Source: Selaginella moellendorffii (Eukaryota > Plantae > Lycopodiophyta). From it: 64,000 nucleotides of DNA. The position numbers and the translations under genes are program-made. The notes beneath the pieces are model-generated. The model was given only the letters and a program-made list of their open reading frames with translations. It made no database searches and was not told where the DNA came from. Positions 25,410 through 39,414 of this stretch are shown here, in pieces; positions within the stretch are counted from its first letter, which is position 1; each line of letters starts with the position of its first letter. The stretch lies in NCBI RefSeq assembly GCF_000143415.4, contig NW_003314322.1, forward strand, positions 207,691 to 271,690, read 5' to 3'.

Positions 25410-26310
25410 TCAAAAGTAAGATGCGTTGCATTGCACATGACTAAAACTTTGGTTTCGAGCATGTCGTCCATTGCGTACTTGACACCCTCTCATTGGATTC
25501 CAGAGTTTTTGATCCCACCGTATGGCTGGCTATCAACGCACATGCTTGGTGGATCGTTGAGACAAACTCCTCCAGCCTGTGAGGATCAAATAATTATCAA
25601 ACAGTCAATCAATACTTTCTATATCTCAAATGCAAAGCTACCTCTATATGCTCAAACGCATAGAAGGCCTTGTTTAGATCACACATAAAGACGCCGGCTT
25701 GGAGACCGTAATGCGTGCTGGTAGCTTCCATCACAGCTTCCTTGAAATCACTCCGTCACCACCGTTTTAAGTTTAGAGAAAAGAAAAGGAAGTAAAGAAG
25801 AACTTCGGGAGCTAAGAAACTTTGAGAGCTGACTTGTATGAGTAGAGAAGGATCACGGGACTGAAAATCTCTTCCTTCCTTGTGTCCGTGTCAAAGGGAG
25901 CGTCTTCCAGGATCATTGGCTCCATGAAAGCTCCCCTTCGCTTACCACCAACTAAAAGTTTGGTGCCTGCCTTCACTGCCTCGTTCACGCTCTTCTCCAC
26001 TGTAGCTGCTGACGACCCAGATATCATGGGCCTGATTGACGTGTTGTCTTGGCGAGGATCTCCACCTTTGAGTTTCTTAACGGCAGTGATCAATGCATCG
26101 TTCACCTACACAACCAACACCAAATACGTTAGATCAAAGCTCGATTTGAGAACAAAGAATATGATAGAATTTAAAGACGAGTGTCGGATACCTCACCTTT
26201 CACCTAAAGACGCTGCATGTGAATGCACAACTGGCCGCTCTGATTGAATCCCTCATGGACCAAGCTAGCGATTGTACCTTCCAAGTCTGGAACGAGATCT
26301 TCCACTAAGC
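25410..26310 (-). pseudogene. ALDH21: Captured 3' half of ALDH21-like aldehyde dehydrogenase
   Basis: KLKGGDP..EEIFSPV; C-terminus VDSQPYGGIKNSGIQ*EGVKYAMDDMLETKVLVM matches moss ALDH21A1 as remembered. Confidence 0.8.
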
Positions 26311-26671
26311 ATGGAATTTTCAGTTTCAACTCCAAGGGATGTAAATAGTGGCAATAAAACTTAAGTCTCAGAGATGGATTTTACAAGATGAAAAATATAT
26401 TAAAAATACTGAAAAGTTGATTTGAATATGAATAATATAATTAATATTTAGAGTAAAGATTATTTTAGTTAAAAACCAGATAGTAGATATTTGGAGCAAA
26501 TAATAAAATAAAGGAGTGTTATTGTTGTGAAATATAAATTAGTAAATATATTAAAAACTAATTTATTTTTTCTATTCAAAGAAAGTGTTGATAAGACAAA
26601 TATCCACATTCTTGAAGAAAACTAAAGAAATTTCATTAGTTTTGGAATATTATTATAAGTGTAATTAATTA

Positions 26672-26822
26672 TATAAATCATATTTAGTCTACAAGAGTAG
26701 AGTATAAATCATATTTAGTCTACAAGAGTAGAGTTAGAGTAGAGTATAAATCATATTTAGTCTACAAGAGTAGAGTTAGAGTAGAGTATAAATCATATTT
26801 AGTCTACAAGAGTAGAGTTAGA
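26672..26822. repeat. Minisatellite of about 4 units (31-42 bp)
   Basis: tataaatcatatttagtctacaagagtagag(ttagagtagag) starting at 26672, 26703, 26745 and 26787. Confidence 0.95.
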
Positions 26823-29800
26823 ACTTTTATAGAACAAAGAGTATTTTATTGATTCAATACTACATTAATAAAATTAAAGATAATTTTATTGTAAAAAGAT
26901 AGTATATAGTAGATACAATAGAAAATACAATAGAAGACTTCACTCAACAATTAGAATTTTAAATGTGATATAATATTATGAGTTATATTTATTATGTTAT
27001 GATGTGTGTTAGTGATAGAGTCAATTGTAGAAGGGATTTTTAATATAAACATTATATTATGTTTAACTATGTATGTTATCATTATGATTATCTTAAAAAT
27101 TACAATTACAATTACAACTCTTTAAAATTACTAAAATATTAGGAATAAACACGATGCGTAGCTGGGACATTAATCACTAATTTTCATTGCTCTCAGCATT
27201 GATAATTTTATTATACTCTATTAAATATAATAGCATAAACAAAATATAATAATATTATTATTTAAAAGCTAGATCTATATTTATAAAAATTATTAATATG
27301 TTTTATAATCTATATTTGTTCATAATCATGTTATCCTATAGATAATTTCTGTGTTTAATAATTTAATTTTAATTTTATTTTTGAAATAAAATTTTCTAGA
27401 TTTTTAGCTTTATATGATTTAAAAACCATTAGCTAGAGACCATATTGAATAAATTATTGTGATTTCAAACTTTATTAAAGCTTTTGACGATATAACTTTC
27501 ATAAGCTTTTATAATCATAACTTTTAGAATGGTGTCATTTAATTATAATCCTCATGAGTTTATTATTTTAAACTTTATTCCTAACAATCTAGATATTTAT
27601 ATTCAAATTGTTGTACTAATGTTTAATCTGAATCTCTTTTGATGAGAAGTTCATTTAGGCCACTCTTTTTAATATTTGAAATTCTTATTTCTATCAAATT
27701 TATATTTCCCAGCAGAGCTGTTTTTCTCTCACAAATGTGATATATATAGGTTTTCTCTTTCTTGAAACCATTAAATCTTATTCTTTTAAATACTTAATTG
27801 ACCATTTTGAACCAAGAAGATATTTTTCCTTATATTTTGATAGAGATTGAGATAATACAAATGCAGAAGAAATCTAGAGCAAGATCAAAAGACTTATGTA
27901 AACCATATGTATTAACTATAGAAAATAAATCATTTTTTCAATATTGAGATAAAAGATAAAAGTCATGTAAAGCTGCTGGTAGAATTAAGTAAGATTATGA
28001 GCAAGAAGACTGATTAAAAATATAACAGACTTTGCTTAATTTTGAGATATTATTAAGATATGGATTTGATATTTGTATGTGTATGAGATATCTCATACCA
28101 TATTAGATACCATGTCATATAGTAGACATGAATGTGTATTTTGATCATGAAGCATTAGTACAGGTTTGTCCTAATACAAATATTATATCTCTAATGCAAT
28201 TATTATCTTTCTTTAAAGATAAAGGTGAATATTAGTTTAAGAAGATCTATAAAGTTTCTCTTGTGTAAAAGTTTCTTGAAATAGTTTTTCTATCTTTGGA
28301 TGGATGGTAAATTTATTTTATGTTTCCTTATCTTCCATGATTTGTCATTGTAAGTATTATTTCTACAACAGCACAGAGGAGCCCAAAAAGTTGTTTATCT
28401 ATGATATAAGAACATAAACCTCTTAGTATATAAGGAGAAAGGTAAACAAGAAATACAACTTTAGGTTCTTTATACATGCAAAACTAAAGCAAAAACTTTG
28501 ACACAATTAACAGCAAAATGCAAATTAAAAACACTTGATGCTATATACTTATATTTAATTTACTCCACACTACAGTTTTAAAATAACTTAAAACTGCTCT
28601 ATGAAGTATATAAAATGTATAGACAAACTAATAATTGTCTATCATTAAAATAAACTACTCATTGCTATCTCTTATAGCATGATATCCAGATGACAAATAT
28701 TCCAAACCATCTTAAGTTCCACCAACTAATAAATCATAATGATATAACAAATGCACGATGTAATGAATATAGATGGTAGTAAATTCTTGAAAAAATTAAC
28801 CTTGTATGCATTTAAAATAGTAAGTTCGCCAACCAAGATATATTTCCAGTAGAGTTGGGATCCTTGCTATGGCAAGAGAGCACGGGTCTCAGGAGAGTTA
28901 TGGTTATTAGCTTTCATTCATGAGTGCGTAAACTTACAAAAAAAGTATGNNNNNNNNNNNNNNNNNNNNNNNNNNNNNNNNNNNNNNNNNNNNNNNNNNN
29001 NNNNNNNNNNNNNNNNNNNNNNNNNNNNNNNNNNNNNNNNNNNNNNNNNNNNNNNNNNNNNNNNNNNNNNNNNNNNNNNNNNNNNNNNNNNNNNNNNNNN
29101 NNTTCCAAGCTGATGGCATTACTTGCATGTGCTTCTTGATGGCTTACAATCACTGGCCATCGAGTGACAAGGAGTGGAAGAATTGGTGACAAAATAAATG
29201 GAAAGTGTGCATTTCAATGGTAAACCTTATTGTTTTATTCATTTTCTTGCAAAAGAATTTTGAACTAGAGAGGATAAATGTTGGTGATTTAGTGTTCTAC
29301 ATTCTTTTTCAAGTGTTTTAGGTTTTGGTCGTGATGAAGCAAGAGTAGTTACAACATTTTACAAAATTCAAATAAGATCTGGAAGATGATAGTGGTTGAA
29401 TTTCCATATTTATGGGAATTTGTTTTAGAACTCGGAGCATTGCTTCCTGGCAAACATTTTTGAAAGAGTCATGTGTTAAATGTTCATCACAATAGTGAAA
29501 TAGATTGTGCTCCCTATTTTCAACTAAGAAAAAAAATTACATAAGTGACCATTAAATCTCATTACCAAGAGAATCACAATAAATCATTATTCTTTTGTTT
29601 TATTTTTATAAGATGTGTTGTTCTATTCCAAAGTATATACAACTACATCTTCTCAAATTGAAATGTTCTCTACTTCTCCCAGTGGAGTTGGGGTCCCTAT
29701 TAACTTATGTGTCCATGAGCCCAGTGTTAGAGTCAGTAGCTGGATAGCAGAGGCTTTACCACAATTGCCTACAAGTAGAGGTGTAATTGGGAGTTTCATT

Positions 29801-31372
29801 CTCATTCACTGTGCAGGCAGGTTCCCACGGTCTTGGAAGGATGCCCTGACTCATCAGCTCAGTAGCGAGAATGTCTTGGTAATTGTTACCAGAGGTGGCC
29901 AGCACTAAGTGAGTAGGTTGTTATTAGTGACATGGTATGCGATGTACTACTTGAGCCATCACATTGCCTCTTGCAATGAACAGGGCTGACTGCTTGGAAA
30001 TGCACACACTAGGTGAGGGATGTGAAGCCAGTGTTGGTGGTATAGGCACCAAAGAAAAGGCCAAACAACTGACTGCTACTGATGTCATTGGCCTCCACCC
30101 ACCACCTTTTGTTTTACGTGGCTTCCAACTTGCAGCTAGGAAAGGAAGTTAAAGTTTTGCTGTGCGAAGCCAGGTTAGTATGTTAATAACATAAGCCCTA
30201 CCTCCAAAGTTGGGCACCACCATCTTCTAACTCACAAAGCCCAACTTAACATACACACTGATGGTAAAGTTGCATGACTCCCTTTTACATGCTTTTCTTT
30301 TCCATCCCAAGCCAAGGAATGAATAAGCCTTTATTGAACCATAGGATGTCGTGAATTATTATTGTAATTTCTTTGTACTATACCATGTACTTTGATAAGG
30401 CAATCCTAGGAAAACCTCATTTTGGTAATTTTTGAAGGAAATGAGCATATTTCCATAACATCACTCCACCAAGCAAGATAATAGTAATACAGTTACTCAT
30501 TAGCATTTAGACCCTGTTGGGCAAATAAACATAAATTTTGAATGAGTAGTATACCAAAATCCACTTTTTGCTATCAAATTTGGCAGCAACAATGAATTCC
30601 CAAAGTACCATTGTACTCTTTCTTTCGGTTTTGAAGTTATGCTTAATCAACTTAGCTGCAAAGACTCATGGCAAAAGCTCATTATCATTGGATAAATTGC
30701 TAGAAGACTTGCTACCAATGGGGGGGATGCAAGGAGAGAATTAATGGCAACACTACTATATTTCCTCCTTTCCCCCTTTCCCCCCCCCCCCCCCTCCCCC
30801 CATTTTTTTTTGATAAACTATGGCCTATCAGCCTTAGAAAATGACAATCCCAGTATCTTTGCCAGTAATTCTTCCCCTCTTCTATATGGCAAGAGTGGAT
30901 GCAAGTTCTTAGCACTTGCATCATGCACCTACAAAGTTACTATGACTAACTTGTAACATCAAAAGTTGTAAATGACTATTAACTTGTTAAACATGGCTAT
31001 CTCTTTTATTTTTTTCAGACTTACATGTTGTTCTGCTCCAAAGTATATATAACAACATTTTTCCATCTTTACTTTTCCCAGCTCTGCTGAAAAAAAGATG
31101 TATTTATCGTAGGTATGCTATATCTCCCAGCGGAGCTGGGGTCTTTGCTAGTCATCATACTCCCTTATTTAAACGTGCTATTGGCATATGGCATCCGGCG
31201 TCTTTTATTCCATTTTTAGAATATTATTTCTGAATATGCTTATAATCTAACAGTTCAAATTCAAAAACTTCAAATAGACGGCATAGATCAGGTGCCAAAG
31301 GGGTGGCAACGCTTCAATGTGATTTTAATGACGTTCCAAATCAAGGAAATTTTTAGGGTAGATTGTGAGCTG

Positions 31373-31426
<54 letters not shown>

Positions 31427-31859
31427 CACAACTTGGCTGCGGGACTCTCCTTCCATGCTATAAGTTGGTATATGGAAGGTAAGCTTTTCTGGATTCCACT
31501 TCAGCCTCCATTGTATGTTCTTGTAAATGCAAGAATTGGCTGCGATGTCTTCAAATTCCAATGCCCTGGATTGAGCTGGCCATTGCGTACTATTCTTCTG
31601 TCAAAAGGAACATTCTAGAGAGGCGAGAACTGGCTGGTTTGCATGTGGTCAACAAGCTCAGCGCTCCATACCAGAGCACTGACGAGCATCCTGCAGAACC
31701 TTTTTATTTGCCAAGGACAGTGAGTTGCATATGCCAAGATTGAAAAGAGCCAGGTGATACGTTCACCATCAGCAGCTGATCAGGTTTAGGAGGTAAGTAA
31801 CTCTTCTCAAGTGTGTTTGACAGGCTGTTTGTTTCCTTGGTCGTTTCAATAAAAAAAGA

Positions 31860-32050
31860 AAGTGGACTATTGCGGGAAGAGGCTCTCCTTGGGTTCCATG
31901 AGAAAGCTCTGGAAATTAGCAGGTAACTCCTCAGGTTTTCGGGTGATCTGATCTTGTGTCATGCCACTCAGGCCAGGAAGCACCCGCACTGGCCGATGCA
32001 GTGGGTCAGCAATTAGAATTTATCTGCTTGACCCAGGGGGAAGGACTGGT
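31860..32050 (+). pseudogene. Possible kinesin-light-chain-like TPR fragment
   Basis: REEALLGFHEKALEIS then, after an intron, ALADAVGQQLEFICLTQG; weak. Confidence 0.35.
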
Positions 32051-33850
32051 AATTTTATTTCATTTTTTATTTGTTCTTGCCTTGGTGAAAAGCTTAGTTT
32101 CAGTTGCTCAATCCTTGACGTGATTCCATCTGAATAGCATACCAATTTTCTTATGTGCCAGAACGTAGCTGGTTCAAACTGTTCTCAGCTGTGGTGAGTT
32201 GCTGATTCAATCTTTCAAAGTAACAGTAAAACCAAATGATGAACAGAATGTGGTAGAAGTTGCAAAATCCTGCAATCTCTTTAGGCGAGAGCTGGACGGA
32301 AATTGGGCTTGCTGGCCTTGGTGGCAGTGAAACCTTGGCGGCGCCAATGATAAAACTACTGGACGAGGCCTTTTGTTGTCCTCCTCTTGTGAGTATGCCA
32401 GGCCAGCAAGGGAACGCTTGGATTCACTTGCAAACACAAGTACAGAACTCCAACATTCGTTCTTGCTTCCTCTTGGTATTTCTCTCATGTTTTCCATTGC
32501 TTTCACTAATGCTCTTTTTTATTAGTGTGGCTTTATAATGGAGACGGTCCTTCTCAGTCTGAATAACACCAATGATATTTGTCATTCATGAAGAAAGTAG
32601 CATTTATCTCGACAAACATTGTTACTTTTGAGCTGAGTCCNNNNNNNNNNNNNNNNNNNNNNNNNNNNNNNNNNNNNNNNNNNNNNNNNNNNNNNNNNNN
32701 NNNNNNNNNNNNNNNNNNNNNNNNNNNNNNNNNNNNNNNNNNNNNNNNNNNNNNNNNNNNNNNNNNNNNNNNNNNNNNNNNNNNNNNNNNNNNNNNNNNN
32801 NNNNNNNNNNNNNNNNNNNNNNNNNNNNNNGATGACAAGTCATGTTTTTCTCGATCAAATGAGTGAGGTAAGAGATGTCTCTTCCCTTTTGTGCCATTGT
32901 AAACTACACATCCAGTCTTTGATTATTTTTACAAACTCGTGTGGCATTCAAGCTAATGGCTCACAATCAATACAACTATTCTTTTTATTGTTATTGACTC
33001 TGATATCTTTGTGGCACTTTTCTTTCTCATTGATGTGGATCACTTACTGATGTTTGATGTTTCTGTAGGAGAAAAGATGGATCGGAGAATGAAGATGTAA
33101 AAATGTGAAAATGAAGTAATCTCAGCACATAATAGTAAGGATTGCAGGTTTAATCAACCTTAAACTCATGACACTATGTCCAGGTAATTTATGGTAAAGT
33201 AGAATATGTCGAATTCTAGAAAAAGTAGTTGTTCTCATTTGCAATGAATGAGCTTTTGGAGGTGCTTGTGTGTTTTACAGCCTGGTTTTCCTATTGCAGG
33301 TCTCCCTTCTTATTCCCAGGAGTGGCAGAAAGGCTGGGATTTATTTATTTTGGTTCTTTTGATTGGAAACTACTGAGATTCAGTGTTGAGCTCTACAGTT
33401 TTGGAGCCGATCAAAATATCCGAAATTTCCCAACGAGGAGTGCACTGCCAATACAGCAGTGGTGCTCTCGAGTTATCGTCACTGGAGCCACTAATATGAA
33501 CGTGACTGGCTGCNNNNNNNNNNNNNNNNNNNNNNNNNNNNNNNNNNNNNNNNNNNNNNNNNNNNNNNNNNNNNNNNNNNNNNNNNNNNNNNNNNNNNNN
33601 NNNNNNNNNNNNNNNNNNNNNNNNNNNNNNNNNNNNNNNNNNNNNNNNNNNNNNNNNNNNNNNNNNNNNNNNNNNNNNNNNNNNNNNNNNNNNNNNNNNN
33701 NNNNNNNNNNNNNNNNNNNNNNNNNNNNNNNNNNNNNNNNNNNNNNNNNNNNNNNNNNNNNNNNNNNNNNNNNNNNNNNNNNNNNNNNNNNNNNNNNNNN
33801 NNNNNNNNNNNNNNNNNNNNNNNNNNNNNNNNNNNNNNNNNNNNNNNNNN

Positions 33851-34580
33851 TCGTGCTCTCCAAAGACAGCTTTGAGACAGGATGGCCAAAGAGCGCTGTT
33901 GTGCTCATTGGACGAAATCTGTTTGCGAGATTAACTGAAGAGAGCTACTTGAAGCTCCAGAAGCTTACTGAGTCACTGTGAACAATCCCAAAGCTCTTAA
34001 GCAGTACGTGCCCCTACAACAGCATGCCTGCAGGTGGCTACAGAGCATAAGATTGTTCTTCTTACCGAGATGAGAAGGGTAAGTGATGTACTTCCTCTCT
34101 GTCTTATTTTCTCGTTGATACTGGTTTTTCTGATATGACAGTTCACGTATCTAACTGTCCTCTACATTTTACATAGGAAAGACTCCAGTCTCGATGTGGA
34201 TGAGGTTTCTCCTTGTACTACATTGTCAACCAAGGCATTTAGGGCTTTCCCCATCAACTTCCCCAACACTGCCTACAACAAAGCCTTGAAGGTAAAAGCC
34301 ATATGCATTGTCTTACATAGTTTTGTGATGTTTTCCCATTCTCAGGCCAGGTGAAAGGTCATCAAGCTTATCCAGGACCTGATCAACCAGCGAAGAGCTT
34401 CTAGAAAGACACAGGAAACAAGCATTCTTTTGTTGCTCATGGATGAGCTAGATGACAAAGGAGAGTCTCTGGAAGCGCTGAAATCATAGACATGCTCAAC
34501 ATGTACATAAATGCTGGTCACAACTCGATGGCTGATGGTTTTCTAAAGCAAAATCCTGATGTGCTCGAGAAAGTGAAGAT
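33851..34580 (+). pseudogene. KAO: Second CYP88A/KAO fragment (paralog of about 13190-13890)
   Basis: DSFETGWPKSAVVLIGRNLF; IIDMLNMYINAGHNS; block 33380-35260 parallels 12640-15250. Confidence 0.8.
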
Positions 34581-37500
34581 AAAAATTTACAATTTCATAC
34601 AAACTTTCCTTCATACAATCTTTCTTCTTTAGGCCACATCCAGACTATTCTGTAAAAGTTTCAAACTTCTGTAATTATAAAAAGAAAAAAGTATTCTACT
34701 GAATTGTACCTCATACAAGATGATATCCTATGTATTCTCATGCCTCCATTATTCTAATTCATCCCTGTCACTTCTGTATTTGGAAGGAAATGCTATTTAT
34801 GAAAACTCTGCATGTATGTTTACCCTTTGCTCCAATGGACCTAACCGAAGACATGTTCAAGACAGATGCAAACTGGCAGGTATTCTTAAAGAACCATAGA
34901 ACTGCACATCATCTCTTTAAGGGAAATTTATTAGGTGCTTGTAAGGCTCTAAAGCGTTAACCTCCTCTGGATAGCATCTGAGGAATGTCTAGGGAATGAG
35001 AAACTGTAAGGTGTAGCATGATATTTTCTTGCTCTAATAAGTAGTTAAATAGAAGCTGCCTGTTGTAGCCTTTGTGGCTTTGCTTGACTACAAACCAATG
35101 CTTACAAGGTCAGAATGACACAAGCAGATAATCATAAAGATGTATTGTATTTTGCTATTTAGAGAAATATTTGGAGATGCATATATTCCAAACATACAAT
35201 TCTTAAGAACATCTCAAAAATATCATTATTTTTGTAGAAAACACTCCTCTTGAAGACTTAAGAAAATTATTCTCACTTATAAAAATCCTTGACAAATATC
35301 AAACTTAAAATTAATGTGAATTGTAAGTTTTTTTAAGAAATTCATTTAAGAAAAACTTTAAAGAATATATTATATGATAATAATTATACTATGTTATACT
35401 TTAAAAAGTAAAAAATGTCATTATATTATTCTTGTATATTCTAATATGTTAGATCTAAGTTTATTTATATATTTTTATGTTCTTTATAATGAGCATATCA
35501 ACAATAAAATTTAGAGAATGAAGAATTTGAAACTTTATTCACAAATGATAATGTTAAAACAACAATACATATTATTTTAAAATAAAATAAAATTAAAATT
35601 TTACTTCAATTTTAATATATTTTGAGAATATTATTATACTATATTAAATATAGTAATAAAAATAAAAATATGATTATGTAAATATGAATGTGCTAGATGT
35701 AAGTTTATAATAAATTTATTAATATTTCCTATAATCTAAGTTTTTTTATAATAATGTTCTCCTTTCAATGATTGCTGAATAGTAAGCATTTTTGAATAAT
35801 CTAATAATAATTTTAAATTTAAATTAAACTTTCGAGATTTTTAGCTATATATGATTTAAAATCCTTCAGTAAGAGACAATCTTACAGAATTTTTTTCAAA
35901 TTTTCAAAGTTCCTTACAAATTTTGAAATTATAACTTCTACATTGATATTACCTAAATATAATCCTAATAAACTATAGTTTATAATTTTCAACTTTAAAG
36001 GTTACAATATAGATATTTAATTTTAGAGCTGCTCTACTAATTTTTAACCTAAATCACTTTTCATGAGAATTTCATATAGAGCAGTCTTTTTAATATTTAA
36101 AATTTTATTTCTATTAAATTTCTTTCTTCTTATTCTAAGTTTTTCTTTCTCAAATATTTTTTCTCTTCATCATTTAATTTTTGTAGTAGTTATCTTTTAT
36201 ATTATAATTTACAAAATGTGTTACATACTCTTGATCTATTAGTAACTTATATTCTGGTTAGAAAGGTTTTACATATGTATTAATATTTGTTTTAAAATAT
36301 CTAATATAAATTTTTAATAAAATAGATTTTCTATCTTTACTGGCTGAGTTATTTTTTTCTCACAAATGTGACATATAATTCTACTCTATTTCGAAACCAT
36401 TAACTTTTTTTATAAAACACTTAATTTACCATTTGAACTAACACAATATTTTCCTTATGCTTAAATATGATTGATATAATACAAAATTGAAACAAAACAT
36501 AAAGCTCATGCAAAGTTTTAAGACAAACCTATACTAATGCTTTATAATAAAATTATGCATTCATGTCTCATTAATAACATGCTATCTAATATGGTATAAG
36601 CTATCTCATACATATTGAAAGATCAAATCCATTTCTTGATTATATCCCAGTTATATGAAGATTTAAAATAAAATAAAACAATTGTTATTAGCTGAAAGAA
36701 TAACATAAAATTATAAATTATAACATTACACTAATGAGTTTTATAAAAAATATATTATATTAAAAATATTCATAAGAACATATTCTACTATTATTGTGGT
36801 TTTGTAAAGAAAGAAGAGATATTTAAAAGTACATTAAACAATTTTTTTATATACTAAATCAATAAACAAATCAAACCAAAATCAAATAGTCATATCTGAA
36901 AATAAATATTTAAAAAATAAAAAATAATTATGATTTTAGGTGAATTGTCAGTGAGAGTAAATTCAAAGAATAAAAAACAAGATTTTATTATCTTCTGCAT
37001 TATATTTTTTAGCTTTATTTTATATTTCTAATGGAAATTTTACAAGTGATTTAAAAGTTAAATTAATCAGCTTTAAACTTACAATTTTATATTATGGATT
37101 ACAACTATAAATTAAGCTACATGAATTAAATAATTTAATTTATTGATAGATGTAATTATGGTTTTAATGTTTCATAAAAATAAATTAGTCACTTTTAATA
37201 AAAGAACATATATAAAACACAAACCCAAAATATGAATAAAAATGAATAACATATGTTTCAGATTATTAGCTTGGATGGATCATTAGTAAGTTGTAGTAAA
37301 AATTATATGCTCTTTTGAAGAAGTCTCATTCTTGAAGTGTATTCTTGATGTTCCTACTGTTTGACCTTGGAAACAAAAGAAATCCACAAGAAAGTCCCAT
37401 AGGATTTACTAGGCTAACATATCTAGGAAGTCATGTCACTAACTTGAGTGATGGCTAAATAAGAAATCAAAACTCAAATACTTACAGTTTTTTTTTTTTT

Positions 37501-38379
37501 TTTTTGTCAAGGATATTTTTCTCATATGAAGTTCCCTTACTTTACTTTAATCTAGCCCCTATTTCAAAATATATATTCTTGGTAACAGTTTTTCAATTTG
37601 GCTTTACTTGCTGGAATTAAGCTTAATAGTTGATAAACTACTTTGGAAAGGTATTCTTTTTTACTAAAGTGAACCTATGATAGAGGGTAAACATATCTCA
37701 CAAGTGTGTTGCTAAAATGATGTATTAATTGGAAGAAGGAATCATTGGCACAAGAGGGCATTCTTTTAGATTTGCAACTATAAAGAGTAAAAGGGTGTAG
37801 TTGATGGGACAAGTGTTCCTTCTTAGAGAGGAATGAAACAAATATTCAATAACAAATAATGACTTCCTAATGCACTATGTGCTCATCACATTTTATCCTA
37901 TAACAACAGGTGTTTTATATAAGTTCAAGTACCAACTTAGCATAGTTTCTAGCACTTTTTGAAGTCAAAGGAATCCCTCCCTTTTCTAATAGCATTTAAA
38001 AAACAGAATGACACATGATAGCTGTAGCAATGAAACTCACAACTTCATGGACAATTCAAAAATATGGTATAGGGGATTGTCTTGATATATAAAACTTAGT
38101 CAACACAGTTTCCCATGATAAATTATTTCAATAGCTATGAAAAATTAACACAACATTAGTTGTCATTGAATAAATATATGTCATTATTCTTGCAGACTAT
38201 CAAGGAGTTAAATACATTGAATGCACTATTTACATTAAATAAGGATGTCCACTGTGTTTAGCTTATACATGAATGCCCTTGAGAGTTTAATGTGGCATTA
38301 AAACTTTTTGGAGATCCATATAACTGACCACTTCATTCTCACAATAAAATCTATGGAAGGTAGTCCGCATTGTAATTAG

Positions 38380-39414
38380 ATCTATTAGGGTCAAAATTTT
38401 CCATGAACCTGTCATTCCTTGTGATCATCAAGGTATGCAGCACACAGCAAGACATGATGTTGTTCGCAAGGATGCCTAGATGTCCTCTAAATCCCTTCTA
38501 ACCAAGCAATTTCCATTGCCTCTTTAAAATTCCAAAAGATTGCTTGACAACAATCCTCATAGAAGAATGAAGAAAGTTGTATTGCTCTTTGCCATGAAAC
38601 TTGTTTGGATATAAGACCAAAACCAGTAAAGCACACTCTTATCCTCTGTCAGCAATGATATACAATGGAATGTCCCCAAACTCTTTGTGGTACACTGGAC
38701 CACATAAACACTTCTCTATCTATGCCTTCTTCAAACCACTAGAATTCCAAATTTGTCTATCTGGAACACTACCTACTATCCCTATTGTTATGTAAAGGAA
38801 TGAAGTCTTACTGTCTACCACAACTTGAACTACCATTGAGTAGTACTTTTTTGCCCTAGCATACCAATCTATTGCATCCTTTGAACCTAGGAGCTCGATT
38901 GCCATATGAGTGCAATCTATTGCACCACAACAATTTGGGAATCCATGCAATCTCTAAAATCATGCTATAACTTCATTTATTCCCTCCTCATCTGCCAATG
39001 GATCATTAGTCCTTTATGCTCAAGCAATGAATACCTGAATCAGCATAGACAAGCTTGAGTGCATGAAGCCACTCTAAATGCACCAATTATTTGCCATGTA
39101 TCTCCGAATGCCAAGCATTTCAAAGCAATAGCTACTTGCTTTGAAATAGCTAAGTGCTACTTTGGTATTTTTGCCAAATCTGGAGGAGGCCTCCTAGCCA
39201 ATTTTGGAGCAAGCTTGTCACAAAGAAAAGTGAATGTAGATACTAAAAAACTTCTCTGAATCTTTATGGATTTATATAGAGAACCTGAAGCTCTGTTTGA
39301 TACCACCAGTGGAGACTTCTTGGCTTGATGTAATCCACATTGATCAATAGCCCTAGGAGCTCCTTTTTAGTGGTCACTCTTTCAATAAATGAAGTTGCAG
39401 TAGGACATGGCATA
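38380..39414 (-). mobile_element. Decayed PIF/Harbinger DDE transposase (HARBI1-like)
   Basis: GFPNCCGAIDCTH, YYSMVVQVVVD, GSVPDRQIWNSSGL, YIIADRG, SSMRIVVKQSFGILKRQWKLL; several stops. Confidence 0.85.

Larger units (their letters stand above)
21561..31151 (+). mobile_element. Composite non-autonomous Helitron (about 9.6 kb) with several internal decayed 3' ends
   Basis: 5' TACTCCCTTATTTAAACGTGC after CTAG; final hairpin CCCAGC-GGA-GCTGGG (31126-31140) and CTAG (31148-31151); N-gap 28950-29102. Confidence 0.65.

Noticed and set aside
26672-26822. CRISPR-like spaced repeat
   Set aside because: Units are contiguous with identical spacers, there are no cas genes, and the context is eukaryotic; it is a minisatellite.
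30150-30960. Possible decayed L1 reverse-transcriptase region on the minus strand
   Set aside because: Only faint motif resemblance (FLGLP, FGGR); needs a profile search.
33229-33981. Long ORFs spanning N-runs (also around 2313-2412, 28950-29102, 32641-32830, 39415-39743)
   Set aside because: Artefacts of assembly gaps.
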